Assembly (NCBI GenBank): GCA_963662715.1
Contig: OY759724.1
Coordinates: forward strand, 659,136-723,135
Source: Candidatus Omnitrophota bacterium
GTDB taxonomy: Bacteria; Omnitrophota; Gorgyraeia; Zapsychrales; JANLHA01
Length of the DNA: 64,000 bases
Reading direction: 5' to 3'
This document shows, piece by piece, positions 9,674 to 18,669 of this stretch (its first letter is position 1; each line of letters begins with the position of its first letter). Position numbers and translations under genes: made by a program. The notes under the pieces were generated by a model. That model was not told the DNA's origin. It made no database searches and saw only the letters and a list, made by a program, of their open reading frames with translations.

Positions 9674-9679
9674 GCTATA
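9674..9679 (+). promoter_or_regulatory. Candidate -10 hexamer (TATAAT) 10 nt upstream of the AsmA-family gene ATG
   Basis: The sequence gctataatattttttATG contains a perfect TATAAT at 9674-9679 and has no Shine-Dalgarno between it and the ATG at 9689. This suggests a very short or leaderless 5' UTR. Confidence 0.25.
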
Positions 9680-9688
9680 ATATTTTTT

Positions 9689-12600
9689 ATGATACGGAAG
9701 CCTTTTCTAATAATAGCTATCGTTCTCATAATGATTTTAGGAGGACTATATTATATTAATAATGTTTTCCTCCCGATTCAACTTAAAGAGCTCATCAATT
9801 CAAAGGCTCAAACAGCCCTCAAACGTGATATTGATTTTTCGCACATCAATTATCAGCCGTTCAGGGGCTTTGTGATTAAAAACATAACCATCTTCCGTAA
9901 AGATGCCCCGAATCTCCCGCTTATTCATATTAAGGAAGTCCGCTTTAATATCCTTTTTGCTCCTCTGCTCCAACGTCAGGAACTTGTCATCCCTTCCGTA
10001 ACAATCAAGGAACCCTTCTTTCATCTTATCCGCTATCAAGACCAACAATGGAACTTCGCTGATCTGCTTCAGAAACCCGCGTCACAGAAGCAACAAAAAG
10101 GGCTCCGGCTGTTTCTAGGTAAAATTAAGATAGAAAAAGGACAAATCGAGACAGTAGATCTCCTGACGGATCCGGCAGTGAAAATCCTGTTAAACAACAT
10201 ATTTCTCACCTGCAAATACTCATTAACAAAAAGACTCCTTGACTTTTCACTGAATTCTGAAATATATACGGCCCAATCCACCTTTTCTTCCAAAGGGACC
10301 TTGCAGTTACCTGATAAAAAACTTCAAACCCAATTGAAAGCGAAAAATATTGACCTGATCCCGCTGCTGAAAATGTTTTATCACAACGAGCATATAATTT
10401 TATCAAAAGCAGATATTTCACAGGCGGATATATCGATCGCGACCCATTCAAAAGGGGCCTGGAAGATCAAAGGGGATTTTTCGGGAAAAACCAATGCCCA
10501 ATTCAACACAAAGAATTTCAAGAACGACTTTTCCGTCCAGGGATCGGATATCTTTTACGACGGGGAAAATTATAAATTTCAAGGGAAAATTTCTCTCAAC
10601 AAGGCCGAGCTTGAAGAGGACGGAATAAAAATTGCCCAGGGCAACTTGCTCTTAAAAGCCAATCAGATCATTTTCCTCCCGGCCAAGAATGCCGTGGATA
10701 TTAAAGGCCACCTTCAGATGACTCCCGTCTATATTAACCCGAACACAACTTTTTCCCTATCGGCCGGGGGATTGGATATTGCTGAATTACATTATCTGAG
10801 ATCAAAACAGGCGCAGCTTTTGACAGGAGAACTGTCCTTACAGCAATGCAAAGTCATTTCGGACGCCCATTCATTCAAATTTGACAGTCTCCAGTCCCCC
10901 TTTGTTCTTAATCAGGGAAACCGAAAAATGGACGTGACCTTGTCGTCCCCGTCCATCAAAAAGGCCGACCTTCTAGTTTCAAAAAAATCATTTCTGGCTG
11001 AAGAGATCAACCTTAAAGAGTCCGTGCTGAGAATCGTTGGCTCGGACACGACGTTCAAGACAGCCTTACATGCCGTAAATATGAAAGCCGCGTTAACCGA
11101 AACCGTACAGTTTATAGGGAATCCATCGGCGGAACTGACAATTCAACACTTTCCGGCTGACATAGAGCCCTGGAGTTATGTCGGGGCCCTGCAATTCTCC
11201 AATGACAGGATTGTTGGGATCAACAAAGTTGGGGAAATCAAGGATATCAGCGGGTACATCAAATTCACCCAGGACAGGCTTAAGACGCCCCAGCTCACTT
11301 TTGTAGCTAAGGACACCCAAGTGACTCTTTCCGGATCGATGAGCAACTTCAGCAATCCGTATCTCGGGATCGTGTTAAGCGCAGAAAGTTTTGATTTAAG
11401 TCAATTAAACACTCTCTTTGCCGATAAACTTCAAGAGCTTCAAATCGTTCCGAAAGGGCGCGCTGCCGTCGAGTTATCCTTCACCGGACAGGCCCTGTAT
11501 CCCAAAGACGCTCAGCTCGAAGTCAATGCGGAATTGGATGACGTTGAAGTGATTTCCGCCAAACTCCCAGCGCCTGTCACTCACATGAGCGGATATATTC
11601 AATATATGAATAATTACCTGTCGTGGAAAAATCTAACCGGAAATTTTTATGGAAAAACTTATTCATTAACCGGGGAGTTCAGAGACTTCCAACAGCCTCT
11701 CATCACGACACAAGTAACGTCCGAGGACGTTCAAGCCTTGGTTAAATTAAATATTGATCAGCAAAAAATCAATATTGATACCCTTAAGGGGAATTATTAC
11801 AATTCGGTATTTGATATTTTTGGAGAAGCTGATTTACAGGAATCAGGTCCTCCCCAATTCACTCTCAAAGGGGCCTTCTCCATCGACCTGGATGATATTC
11901 AACATTTGTCCCCCGGGATCAGAGAAAAAATTGACCCCTTCGGGCTCCACGGCATCCTTTCCGTCAAATGCCTGTTCCAGGGAGATATCAACACCTGGAA
12001 AACAGGCATCATCAGCCTCAATGCCTCCGGCCCAAAACTTTCCGTAAAAGGCTACTCATTAAATAAATTGAACCTTCTCTATCAACGGACAAAATCTTTT
12101 CAAAGCAAACTCACCGTATCCGCTTCCCTCTACGGCGGCGACATGAAAGTCACATCTTTGAGCAATATCAATAATGCTCTGCTCCCCAGCAAAGTGTCCC
12201 TATTGTTAACCGATCTGAATCTCGCCCAAATAAGCAAAGATGCCCAATGGAAGAAGAAAGATCTTTCCGGGACCCTTTCCCTGCAACTGCAGGCCGAGGG
12301 GCCGCTGCTGCAGACCGAAAACATAACGGGCCAGGGTTCAATTTCAATCCTCAACGGTGAAATATGGACTCTGAGCCTGCTGAAAGGCCTGGGAAAACTT
12401 TTGTTTATCCCGGAATTTGAAGGTGTGGTGTTTACGAAAGGCTCAGCTGATTTCAACATTCGCGACAACAGGATCTCGACACAGAATCTTTTGCTGATCA
12501 GCAAATCCATGGAAATGCGCGGGAAAGGATGGATAGACAAGAAAAAAAATATTCAAATGGACGTTAATCCGAAATTCTACGAAACAGAAATCCTGCGATC

Positions 12601-12832
12601 AGAATCACTCAAAAAACTCCCCACAGCCATTATCAGCCAGGCGGACAACTACATGAACATAAAAATATCAGGAAGCCTGGATAAACCTCAGTTTCATATC
12701 GACACGTCTCCGATCAGCGTTATTAAAAAAACGGCGGATGTCCTTATCGAAGGCACAACGGACATTCTCATGGAAGGCATGCAAAGCACGGTTGAGGGTG
12801 TTCAGGGTATCGTGGAAGATATCCTGCAATAG
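9689..12832 (+). CDS. AsmA-family outer-membrane biogenesis protein
   Basis: 1047 aa. An N-terminal TM anchor (FLIIAIVLIMILGGLYYI) is followed by a long low-hydrophobicity region rich in T/S/N/K and lacking cysteine pairs, the composition expected of a beta-rich periplasmic domain. This is the typical AsmA / TamB-like architecture. It is the only large plus-strand gene in this region. Confidence 0.5.
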   Translation: MIRKPFLIIAIVLIMILGGLYYINNVFLPIQLKELINSKAQTALKRDIDFSHINYQPFRGFVIKNITIFRKDAPNLPLIHIKEVRFNILFAPLLQRQELVIPSVTIKEPFFHLIRYQDQQWNFADLLQKPASQKQQKGLRLFLGKIKIEKGQIETVDLLTDPAVKILLNNIFLTCKYSLTKRLLDFSLNSEIYTAQSTFSSKGTLQLPDKKLQTQLKAKNIDLIPLLKMFYHNEHIILSKADISQADISIATHSKGAWKIKGDFSGKTNAQFNTKNFKNDFSVQGSDIFYDGENYKFQGKISLNKAELEEDGIKIAQGNLLLKANQIIFLPAKNAVDIKGHLQMTPVYINPNTTFSLSAGGLDIAELHYLRSKQAQLLTGELSLQQCKVISDAHSFKFDSLQSPFVLNQGNRKMDVTLSSPSIKKADLLVSKKSFLAEEINLKESVLRIVGSDTTFKTALHAVNMKAALTETVQFIGNPSAELTIQHFPADIEPWSYVGALQFSNDRIVGINKVGEIKDISGYIKFTQDRLKTPQLTFVAKDTQVTLSGSMSNFSNPYLGIVLSAESFDLSQLNTLFADKLQELQIVPKGRAAVELSFTGQALYPKDAQLEVNAELDDVEVISAKLPAPVTHMSGYIQYMNNYLSWKNLTGNFYGKTYSLTGEFRDFQQPLITTQVTSEDVQALVKLNIDQQKINIDTLKGNYYNSVFDIFGEADLQESGPPQFTLKGAFSIDLDDIQHLSPGIREKIDPFGLHGILSVKCLFQGDINTWKTGIISLNASGPKLSVKGYSLNKLNLLYQRTKSFQSKLTVSASLYGGDMKVTSLSNINNALLPSKVSLLLTDLNLAQISKDAQWKKKDLSGTLSLQLQAEGPLLQTENITGQGSISILNGEIWTLSLLKGLGKLLFIPEFEGVVFTKGSADFNIRDNRISTQNLLLISKSMEMRGKGWIDKKKNIQMDVNPKFYETEILRSESLKKLPTAIISQADNYMNIKISGSLDKPQFHIDTSPISVIKKTADVLIEGTTDILMEGMQSTVEGVQGIVEDILQ

Positions 12833-12878
12833 TCCCCGGGCAGGAAACCGCCCCCCCGACAACAAAAACGGCAAGCGT

Positions 12879-13475
12879 TTAGCCCAAGTATTTTTCCAGC
12901 AAGACTCTGAATTTCTTCAAAGCTTTCGCCCGATGACTGATCCGGGCTTTTACGGCAGGGTCCAGCTCCCCGAATGTTTTGAGATACCGGGGAATCATAA
13001 AAAGAGGGTCATAACCGAAGCCATTAGTCCCTTTTAGGCCTTCAGAAATCAGGCCCGGGCAGGTGCCCGAGACAACATCAATCACCCCCTTTTTATCTGC
13101 CAAAGCAATACAACAGCGATACCGGGCGGTCCTTTCTTGCAAGGGCACCCCTTTTAAAAGCCTCAGAACTTTTAAATTATTTTTCCGGTCATCGGCTTTC
13201 GGCCCGGAAAACCGGGCTGAATAAACGCCGGGCCGGTTATCCAAAGCCGTGATTTCCAACCCGGAGTCTTCTCCCATCGTTAGCGTCCCGGTAAAGGTCG
13301 CAATCGTTATGGCCTTTTTAACAGCATTACTGCGGAAAGTTGTCCCGTCCTCAACGATGGCCGGCAGTCCCTGATAATCAGCCAGAGATGTCATGCGGAC
13401 AGGCATATCTTTTAACAGGTCCTGTATTTCCACCAGTTTCCCTTTATTTTTTGTCGCGATAAGCAATTCTTGCAT
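12879..13475 (-). CDS. rdgB: Non-canonical purine NTP pyrophosphatase (RdgB/HAM1 family)
   Basis: From the internal ATG (MQELLIATKNKGKLVEIQDLL) the protein carries the Ham1 motifs TKNKGKLxE, EDSGLEI, ARFSG, FGYDPLF and AKARISHRAKAL. The track start at 13532 is an upstream extension. Confidence 0.8.
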   Translation of the reverse strand: MQELLIATKNKGKLVEIQDLLKDMPVRMTSLADYQGLPAIVEDGTTFRSNAVKKAITIATFTGTLTMGEDSGLEITALDNRPGVYSARFSGPKADDRKNNLKVLRLLKGVPLQERTARYRCCIALADKKGVIDVVSGTCPGLISEGLKGTNGFGYDPLFMIPRYLKTFGELDPAVKARISHRAKALKKFRVLLEKYLG

Positions 13476-13509
13476 CCTAAAATCCTTCCCGGAATAAATA
13501 CAGCGGAAG

Positions 13510-14235
13510 TTAGAGTTCTTGTAAAAAGACAAGGGGGTCTAACTGCTGTTTCTGCATCTTTATCAGATCCCGGATACCTTTACGGGCCAGTTTTAAAAGC
13601 TGGTCATATTGATCCTGGGAAAAGGGCTGGCCTTCCGCCGTCCCCTGAATTTCCACAAAAAGCCCCTGCCCGAGCATCACAACATTCATATCCATCCCGG
13701 CACGGGAATCTTCCTGATAGCACAGATCCAATAATAATTTTTCCTCAACGATTCCGACGCTTACAGCCGCCACATAATCGAGCAACGGAACAGCCTTTAA
13801 CATTTTGCGTTTCTTCAGATGTTTTAATGCAAGAGCCAAAGCGATAAAGCCGCCGGTAATAGCCGCCGTTCTCGTTCCCCCATCCGCCTGAATGACATCG
13901 CAATCGACTTTCACCGTCCGTTCCCCCAACCGGCCTAAATCAACGACCGAACGCAGAGACCGGCCGATCAAGCGTTGAATTTCATAAGTCCGGCCACTGG
14001 TCACATTGCGTTTGATGCGCGTTGAACAGGAACGCGGCAGCATCCCGTACTCAGCGGTAACCCAGCCCTGCCCAGAATTCTTTAAGAACCCCGGGACAGA
14101 TTCTTCGACGCTTGCCGTACACAAAACACGCGTCTGGCCGAATTCCATCAAACAGCACCCTTCCGCATATTTCGTGTAATTCTTGGTCACTTTAATCCTG
14201 CGCAATTGATTGCGGGAACGTCCGTCAGGTCTCAT
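13510..14235 (-). CDS. rph: Ribonuclease PH
   Basis: [19 protein letters not shown], the [19 protein letters not shown] phosphate-binding signature, and its length of 241 aa. The rph-rdgB pairing is a conserved arrangement. Confidence 0.85.
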   Translation of the reverse strand: MRPDGRSRNQLRRIKVTKNYTKYAEGCCLMEFGQTRVLCTASVEESVPGFLKNSGQGWVTAEYGMLPRSCSTRIKRNVTSGRTYEIQRLIGRSLRSVVDLGRLGERTVKVDCDVIQADGGTRTAAITGGFIALALALKHLKKRKMLKAVPLLDYVAAVSVGIVEEKLLLDLCYQEDSRAGMDMNVVMLGQGLFVEIQGTAEGQPFSQDQYDQLLKLARKGIRDLIKMQKQQLDPLVFLQEL

Positions 14236-14270
14236 GTTCTCCCCTTTTTTAATAAATATCTCGACATGGC

Positions 14271-14675
14271 TTATTTCTTCGGACCCCGGTATTCTGCCCT
14301 AACGGTTGTCGTAATACCGCCGCGGGGGTTCATTACGGCTTCAACCGTTGCCCAGCGAGGCTGGCAGGCTTTGACAATGTCATCCAGTATTCTGTTGACA
14401 AGATGTTCATGAAATATCCCGATATCACGAAAAGCGACAATATACATCTTAAATGATTTCAATTCCAGGCACCACCGGCGGGGCGAATAAGAAACTTGTA
14501 TCACGGCAAAGTCCGGCAACCCGGTCTTGGGGCAGATGCAGGTAAATTCCGGGACCTCAAGGTCGACCGTATATGTCCGGTTGGAATACTGATTTTCCCA
14601 GACCTCAATATCCGGAAGCGCCATGTTTCTGACACGGCCTTGCAATCCTTCGTAGGAACTTTTTTTCTTTTTCAT
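14271..14675 (-). CDS. queF: NADPH-dependent 7-cyano-7-deazaguanine reductase QueF
   Basis: 134 aa. Carries the QueF motif [15 protein letters not shown] and a tunnel-fold C-terminus. It is the last gene of the que cluster. Confidence 0.8.
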   Translation of the reverse strand: MKKKKSSYEGLQGRVRNMALPDIEVWENQYSNRTYTVDLEVPEFTCICPKTGLPDFAVIQVSYSPRRWCLELKSFKMYIVAFRDIGIFHEHLVNRILDDIVKACQPRWATVEAVMNPRGGITTTVRAEYRGPKK

Positions 14676-14697
14676 AACATCCTCTCGATCAATTATT

Positions 14698-15402
14698 TTA
14701 ACGCAAATTCATCAACTTATGCCATTGAGGCAGAACTTTGACATTCGGAAGAAATTTCAGGCAATAATTTTGATAGTCCATGCATTTCTTTATAATATTC
14801 TTTTCCAGCTCCATCATATTCGGCTGGAGGATCAAACACAAATCCATGTCGATACGGGCCAGCAATTCAACGGCCTGTGTTATATCATGCTTCACCGTTG
14901 TTTCCGACACAACGGCTTTCACAAAAACATCCGCCTTCCCTTTCTGCAAAGCAAGCTTTAAAAACTGTTCATGGGCCTGCCAATGCTCCTGGCCCCGGGT
15001 TGAACTTGGCAGCTTAAAGTCCATGGCAATAAAATCCAGGTCCGCAACAATCCGGCCCAATTCCTGAAAAAGCGTTCCATTGGTGTCTAAATAAAGCGGC
15101 ATACCCGCTTTCTTTAGTTTTGGAATCAAATTCTGCAGGAAAGGGACCTGCAGCAGCGGCTCCCCCCCCGTCAGACTGACAGAATGACAATTTTCCCATA
15201 ATTCCATCACGCGCAGAAAGACATCCTCCACGTCCATCTCCGGGGCGGTAAGAACGGTTTCCGACAATGATTGCGGAGTGTCACACCACACACAATTCAG
15301 ATTACAGTCAAAAAACCTCACGAAGACCTGTTTCAGCCCTGCATAGGGACCTTCCCCCTGCAAGGACGAAAATATCTCTGTAACTTTCGCTTTTGAACTC
15401 AT
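14698..15402 (-). CDS. queE: 7-carboxy-7-deazaguanine synthase QueE (radical SAM)
   Basis: Reading from the internal ATG gives MSSKAKVTEIFSSLQGEGPYAGLKQVFVRFFDCNLNCVWCDT, the characteristic QueE N-terminus with a CX14CX2C-type cluster. It overlaps the queC stop by 4 nt. Confidence 0.8.
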   Translation of the reverse strand: MSSKAKVTEIFSSLQGEGPYAGLKQVFVRFFDCNLNCVWCDTPQSLSETVLTAPEMDVEDVFLRVMELWENCHSVSLTGGEPLLQVPFLQNLIPKLKKAGMPLYLDTNGTLFQELGRIVADLDFIAMDFKLPSSTRGQEHWQAHEQFLKLALQKGKADVFVKAVVSETTVKHDITQAVELLARIDMDLCLILQPNMMELEKNIIKKCMDYQNYCLKFLPNVKVLPQWHKLMNLR

Positions 15403-16142
15403 GACCGTTTTCTCTTGGATAACATTAACGGGTCCAGTAATCCCATGTCCTGAAACCCTTTCATACGCAGGCAGCAACTGTCACACTTACCGCAAGGAAG
15501 CCGTCCGCCCTTATAACATGACCAGGTGAACTGGAAAGGGACCTGCAGCTGCAGGCCCAAATGAATAATCTGGGCTTTGGTCATATGAATTAAAGGTGTC
15601 TTGATTTTGATAGCCTTCTTTTCAACCCCGGACTTTAGACCAGATCTTAACACCCGGCTGAAAGCCGAATAAAATTCCGGACGGCAGTCCGGGTATCCCG
15701 AATAGTCTATCGCATTAGCTCCTATAAAGATAACCCTGGCCCCGACAGTCTCCGCAAAAGAAGCGGCAAAGCTTAAAAAGATGATGTTCCGGGCAGGGAC
15801 ATAGGTCGAGGGGATATCCCGGGGGGAGATGGTCCGGTGTTGAGGAAGCGGCACATTTTTATCAAGTAAAGCCGATCCCTTCCAAGGGAATGTTATACGA
15901 ACAATCTTTTGAGGGCTTTGAGTCAGCCGGGCTAATTTTTGCGCCTGTTGAATTTCTTTGCGGTGGCGCTGCCCGTAATGAAAAATAAGGCAATGGGTAT
16001 GGTACCCTTGTTTTTTTGCCAAAAAGAGTGTCGTGGCAGAATCTAAGCCCCCCGAGAGCAGGACAACGGCTCTCTTGGACGGTTGGGAAGAAAGGACGGC
16101 TTTACGGGGCGTACGGCGCGAAGATGTTCTCTTTTTATTCAT
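15399..16142 (-). CDS. queC: 7-cyano-7-deazaguanine synthase QueC
   Basis: PP-loop VVLLSGGLDSATTL and a C-terminal Zn-binding Cys cluster (CGKCDSCCLR). Start placed at the ATG (MNKKR). The track start at 16154 is a GTG. Confidence 0.8.
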   Translation of the reverse strand: MNKKRTSSRRTPRKAVLSSQPSKRAVVLLSGGLDSATTLFLAKKQGYHTHCLIFHYGQRHRKEIQQAQKLARLTQSPQKIVRITFPWKGSALLDKNVPLPQHRTISPRDIPSTYVPARNIIFLSFAASFAETVGARVIFIGANAIDYSGYPDCRPEFYSAFSRVLRSGLKSGVEKKAIKIKTPLIHMTKAQIIHLGLQLQVPFQFTWSCYKGGRLPCGKCDSCCLRMKGFQDMGLLDPLMLSKRKRS

Positions 16143-16497
16143 AATAGGTGACACTGGCTTTGTCCGACTCCCAAATTCTTACTCTGATAATTTTAAACGG
16201 TTCGCAGTCCTTGGTAAATTCCCTGTAAATATATTGTGCAAGGTTTTCCGTTGTCGGATTCTTCGCCTGAAAAACGGGAAGGTCGTTCAGGCAGCCGTGG
16301 TCCAGTTCTTTTAAGAAAGCGTTGAGTTTTGCTCTGAGTTCCTTAAAATCCATAACCAAACCTATATCATTGGTGGCCTCCGCCTGAATTGTCACCTCCA
16401 GTTTCCAGGTATGTCCGTGAAGATCTTTACACGAACCGTCGTATCCCTGCAGGAAGTGAGCGGCAGCAAAATCTCCCCCGATTGTCAACTCATACAT
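16135..16497 (-). CDS. queD: 6-carboxy-5,6,7,8-tetrahydropterin synthase QueD
   Basis: 120 aa. The PTPS motifs FAAAHFLQGYDGSCKDLHGHTWKLEV and the Zn-binding His residues are present. A GAGG RBS lies about 10 nt upstream of the ATG. Confidence 0.8.
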   Translation of the reverse strand: MYELTIGGDFAAAHFLQGYDGSCKDLHGHTWKLEVTIQAEATNDIGLVMDFKELRAKLNAFLKELDHGCLNDLPVFQAKNPTTENLAQYIYREFTKDCEPFKIIRVRIWESDKASVTYYE

Positions 16498-16510
16498 AAT
16501 GTAAACCTCG

Positions 16511-17314
16511 CTATGAAAAGGTAATTCTCTGAATATTCTTGATATTATACCCCAGAAACCGTTTAGCGAGTTTCTGAAAATGTTCCGGCTGATCGCTTAC
16601 CAGGAATTCATAACGGGGCACCCGTTTTGGGGTCCTGAGTCCCTGACGGCTGTTCAAAAGCTCTTTGACGCGCTTGCTGACTTCCATGGCAGAATCTATG
16701 AGCGCCACCTGGTTCCCCAGGACATTCTTAATGACGGATTTCAGCAAAGGGTAATGCGTGCATCCCAGAATAAGCGTGTCCGCCCGGGACTTTTTGATCT
16801 TATTGAGATATTCCTCGGCAATGCTTCGGGTCACATCTTTATGAAACCAGCCTTCTTCCACCAAAGGGACAAATAAAGGACACGGCTGGCTGATCACCGT
16901 GATCAGCGGATCCCGGGCATTGATTTGTTTGGCATAAGACTGGCTATGAATCGTTGCCTGCGTTGCGATAACTCCGACCTTTTTATTTCTTGTCACCCGG
17001 ACAGCCCGGTCCACCCCCGGCTCTATGACGCCGACAATAGGGACCGGGAACTTCCGGCAAAGACTTTCCAGGGCATAACTGGAGGAAGAATTGCAGGCCA
17101 CCACAATCATTTTAACTTTATATTTCGACAACATGGCGGCGTTTTCCAACGAAAACTTCACGATAGAATCCCTGGATTTCGTACCGTAGGGCACTCTTGC
17201 CGTGTCCCCCAAATAGACGATATCTTCATAAGGAAGGTGACGCATCATCATCTTCATAACCGTCAGTCCTCCCAATCCTGAATCAAATACCCCTATAGGT
17301 TGTCTTTTGTCCAT
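16511..17314 (-). CDS. murI: Glutamate racemase MurI
   Basis: PIGVFDSGLGGLTV, IVVACNSSS and LILGCTHYPLL (both catalytic Cys motifs). Confidence 0.8.
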   Translation of the reverse strand: MDKRQPIGVFDSGLGGLTVMKMMMRHLPYEDIVYLGDTARVPYGTKSRDSIVKFSLENAAMLSKYKVKMIVVACNSSSSYALESLCRKFPVPIVGVIEPGVDRAVRVTRNKKVGVIATQATIHSQSYAKQINARDPLITVISQPCPLFVPLVEEGWFHKDVTRSIAEEYLNKIKKSRADTLILGCTHYPLLKSVIKNVLGNQVALIDSAMEVSKRVKELLNSRQGLRTPKRVPRYEFLVSDQPEHFQKLAKRFLGYNIKNIQRITFS

Positions 17315-17401
17315 CTTTCTTCTACCTTATATGGCTTGTTTATTTTCACGGCAGGCATTGTGCTGCCCCCTTGGGGCGCGGAATCCCCAGAAGCCCCCTT
17401 A

Positions 17402-18526
17402 TCAAAACCGCCGGTGATCTACGTACTCCTTTATGCCTTTAGATATTCCATCGGCAAGACTTTGTCGGTACTGGGGGGAATTAAGCGATCGTTCCTCCCG
17501 GGAATTAGAAAGGAATCCCACTTCAATTAAAACAGCCGGCATCAAAGTATTCCGTAACACGAAAAACCCTGCCCTGAATACCCCACGGTTTTTCGCGCGT
17601 GTTTCTCTTTCAAGCCTTTCAGAAAGCAGAACAGCTAATGAATTTGACGCCGAAGCTTTATGCTGAAAAAGCATGTCCGAAACAATAGCTTCTACCGCGT
17701 CATCTTTTCTTTGCAGAGATAATTGCTTGAAAAAGATATCATGATTTCTTTCCCTTTGGGGATCCTTTTTCTCTTTCCACTCAAGATCCCTGAGGAAGTA
17801 CACTTCCAGTCCGGAAGGCCTGCGGGACGTGCTGGAATTCGCATGGATACTAATAAACAAATCCGCCCCGTACTGACTGGCCAGCTCCGTACGCTTCTCC
17901 AAAGAAATAAATTGATCGTTCGTACGGGTCATTTTCACATCATAATGATACTCTTTCAAATTATTCCTTACTCTTTTCGCGATATCAAGGACAACGTCTT
18001 TTTCATACGTTCCCGTCACTCCGATAGCCCCGGGGTCTTTTCCCCCATGCCCCGCGTCTATAACGATGCGATAAGACCTGAAGAAATCATCGGCCGTACG
18101 GTCCAACAATTCCAAAACAACTTTTCTGCGGAAGTCGGGAGGGACGATAATTCTTCCCCTCAGACGCTTAAGCGGCCTGCTCAAATAGACTTTCTTCTGA
18201 TTGACAACCACAACCTCGCTGCCGACCAGTCCTTTTGCCGATAAGGAGCCTTTACTTAACGTGACAGCTTGCGATACGCTGTCCCAGTACCAGTTGATGT
18301 CATATTGTTCACATAACTCCTTTAAAGACGTTGTTTCCCTTGGTGTCTGGACAGACACACATCCCGGCAGCAGGAAAAGAAGACACAGAACAAAAGCACA
18401 TTTATGTCTTATAGCAAAAATGGGAAAGCCTCCTTTTATTGAAGACGTCCGGATATAATTGAATATCATTATACGTTTGCCGGTCAAGACAAACAAGAAA
18501 AATAAGCAAAAACCCCAATATTTCAT
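17402..18526 (-). CDS. N-acetylmuramoyl-L-alanine amidase (Amidase_3 family, AmiC-like), lipoprotein-type N-terminus
   Basis: IVIDAGHGGKDPGAIG, ADLFISIHANS and LIEVGFLSN are Amidase_3 signatures. The N-terminus is hydrophobic with LLPGC (lipobox-like). The exact start is uncertain between two ATGs. Confidence 0.7.
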   Translation of the reverse strand: MKYWGFCLFFLFVLTGKRIMIFNYIRTSSIKGGFPIFAIRHKCAFVLCLLFLLPGCVSVQTPRETTSLKELCEQYDINWYWDSVSQAVTLSKGSLSAKGLVGSEVVVVNQKKVYLSRPLKRLRGRIIVPPDFRRKVVLELLDRTADDFFRSYRIVIDAGHGGKDPGAIGVTGTYEKDVVLDIAKRVRNNLKEYHYDVKMTRTNDQFISLEKRTELASQYGADLFISIHANSSTSRRPSGLEVYFLRDLEWKEKKDPQRERNHDIFFKQLSLQRKDDAVEAIVSDMLFQHKASASNSLAVLLSERLERETRAKNRGVFRAGFFVLRNTLMPAVLIEVGFLSNSREERSLNSPQYRQSLADGISKGIKEYVDHRRF

Positions 18527-18669
18527 GACGACGTCATGTCCTTTTGCTGCATCTTAACGAAAACACAGGCTGTCATCCCGCGCCCACAGGTGCGGGCAGA
18601 CACGACCGGGAATTATTTTCCTCCTGTAAATGATCTTTGTACGCGGGCGGGGTCAAAAAAATCATTTGG

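Noticed and set aside
12130-12540. Minus-strand 136-aa ORF and other small ORFs inside the AsmA-family gene (9800..10048, 10069..10451, 11093..11320, 11754..12047)
   Set aside because: They are nested within a continuous 1047-aa ORF with a TM start and lack start context.
18527-18669. Hairpin cccgcgcc-cacag-gtgcggg between gspD and the amidase gene, as a possible terminator
   Set aside because: No U-tract follows on either strand. It is more likely an intragenic-region structure than an intrinsic terminator, so the block is treated as co-transcribed.
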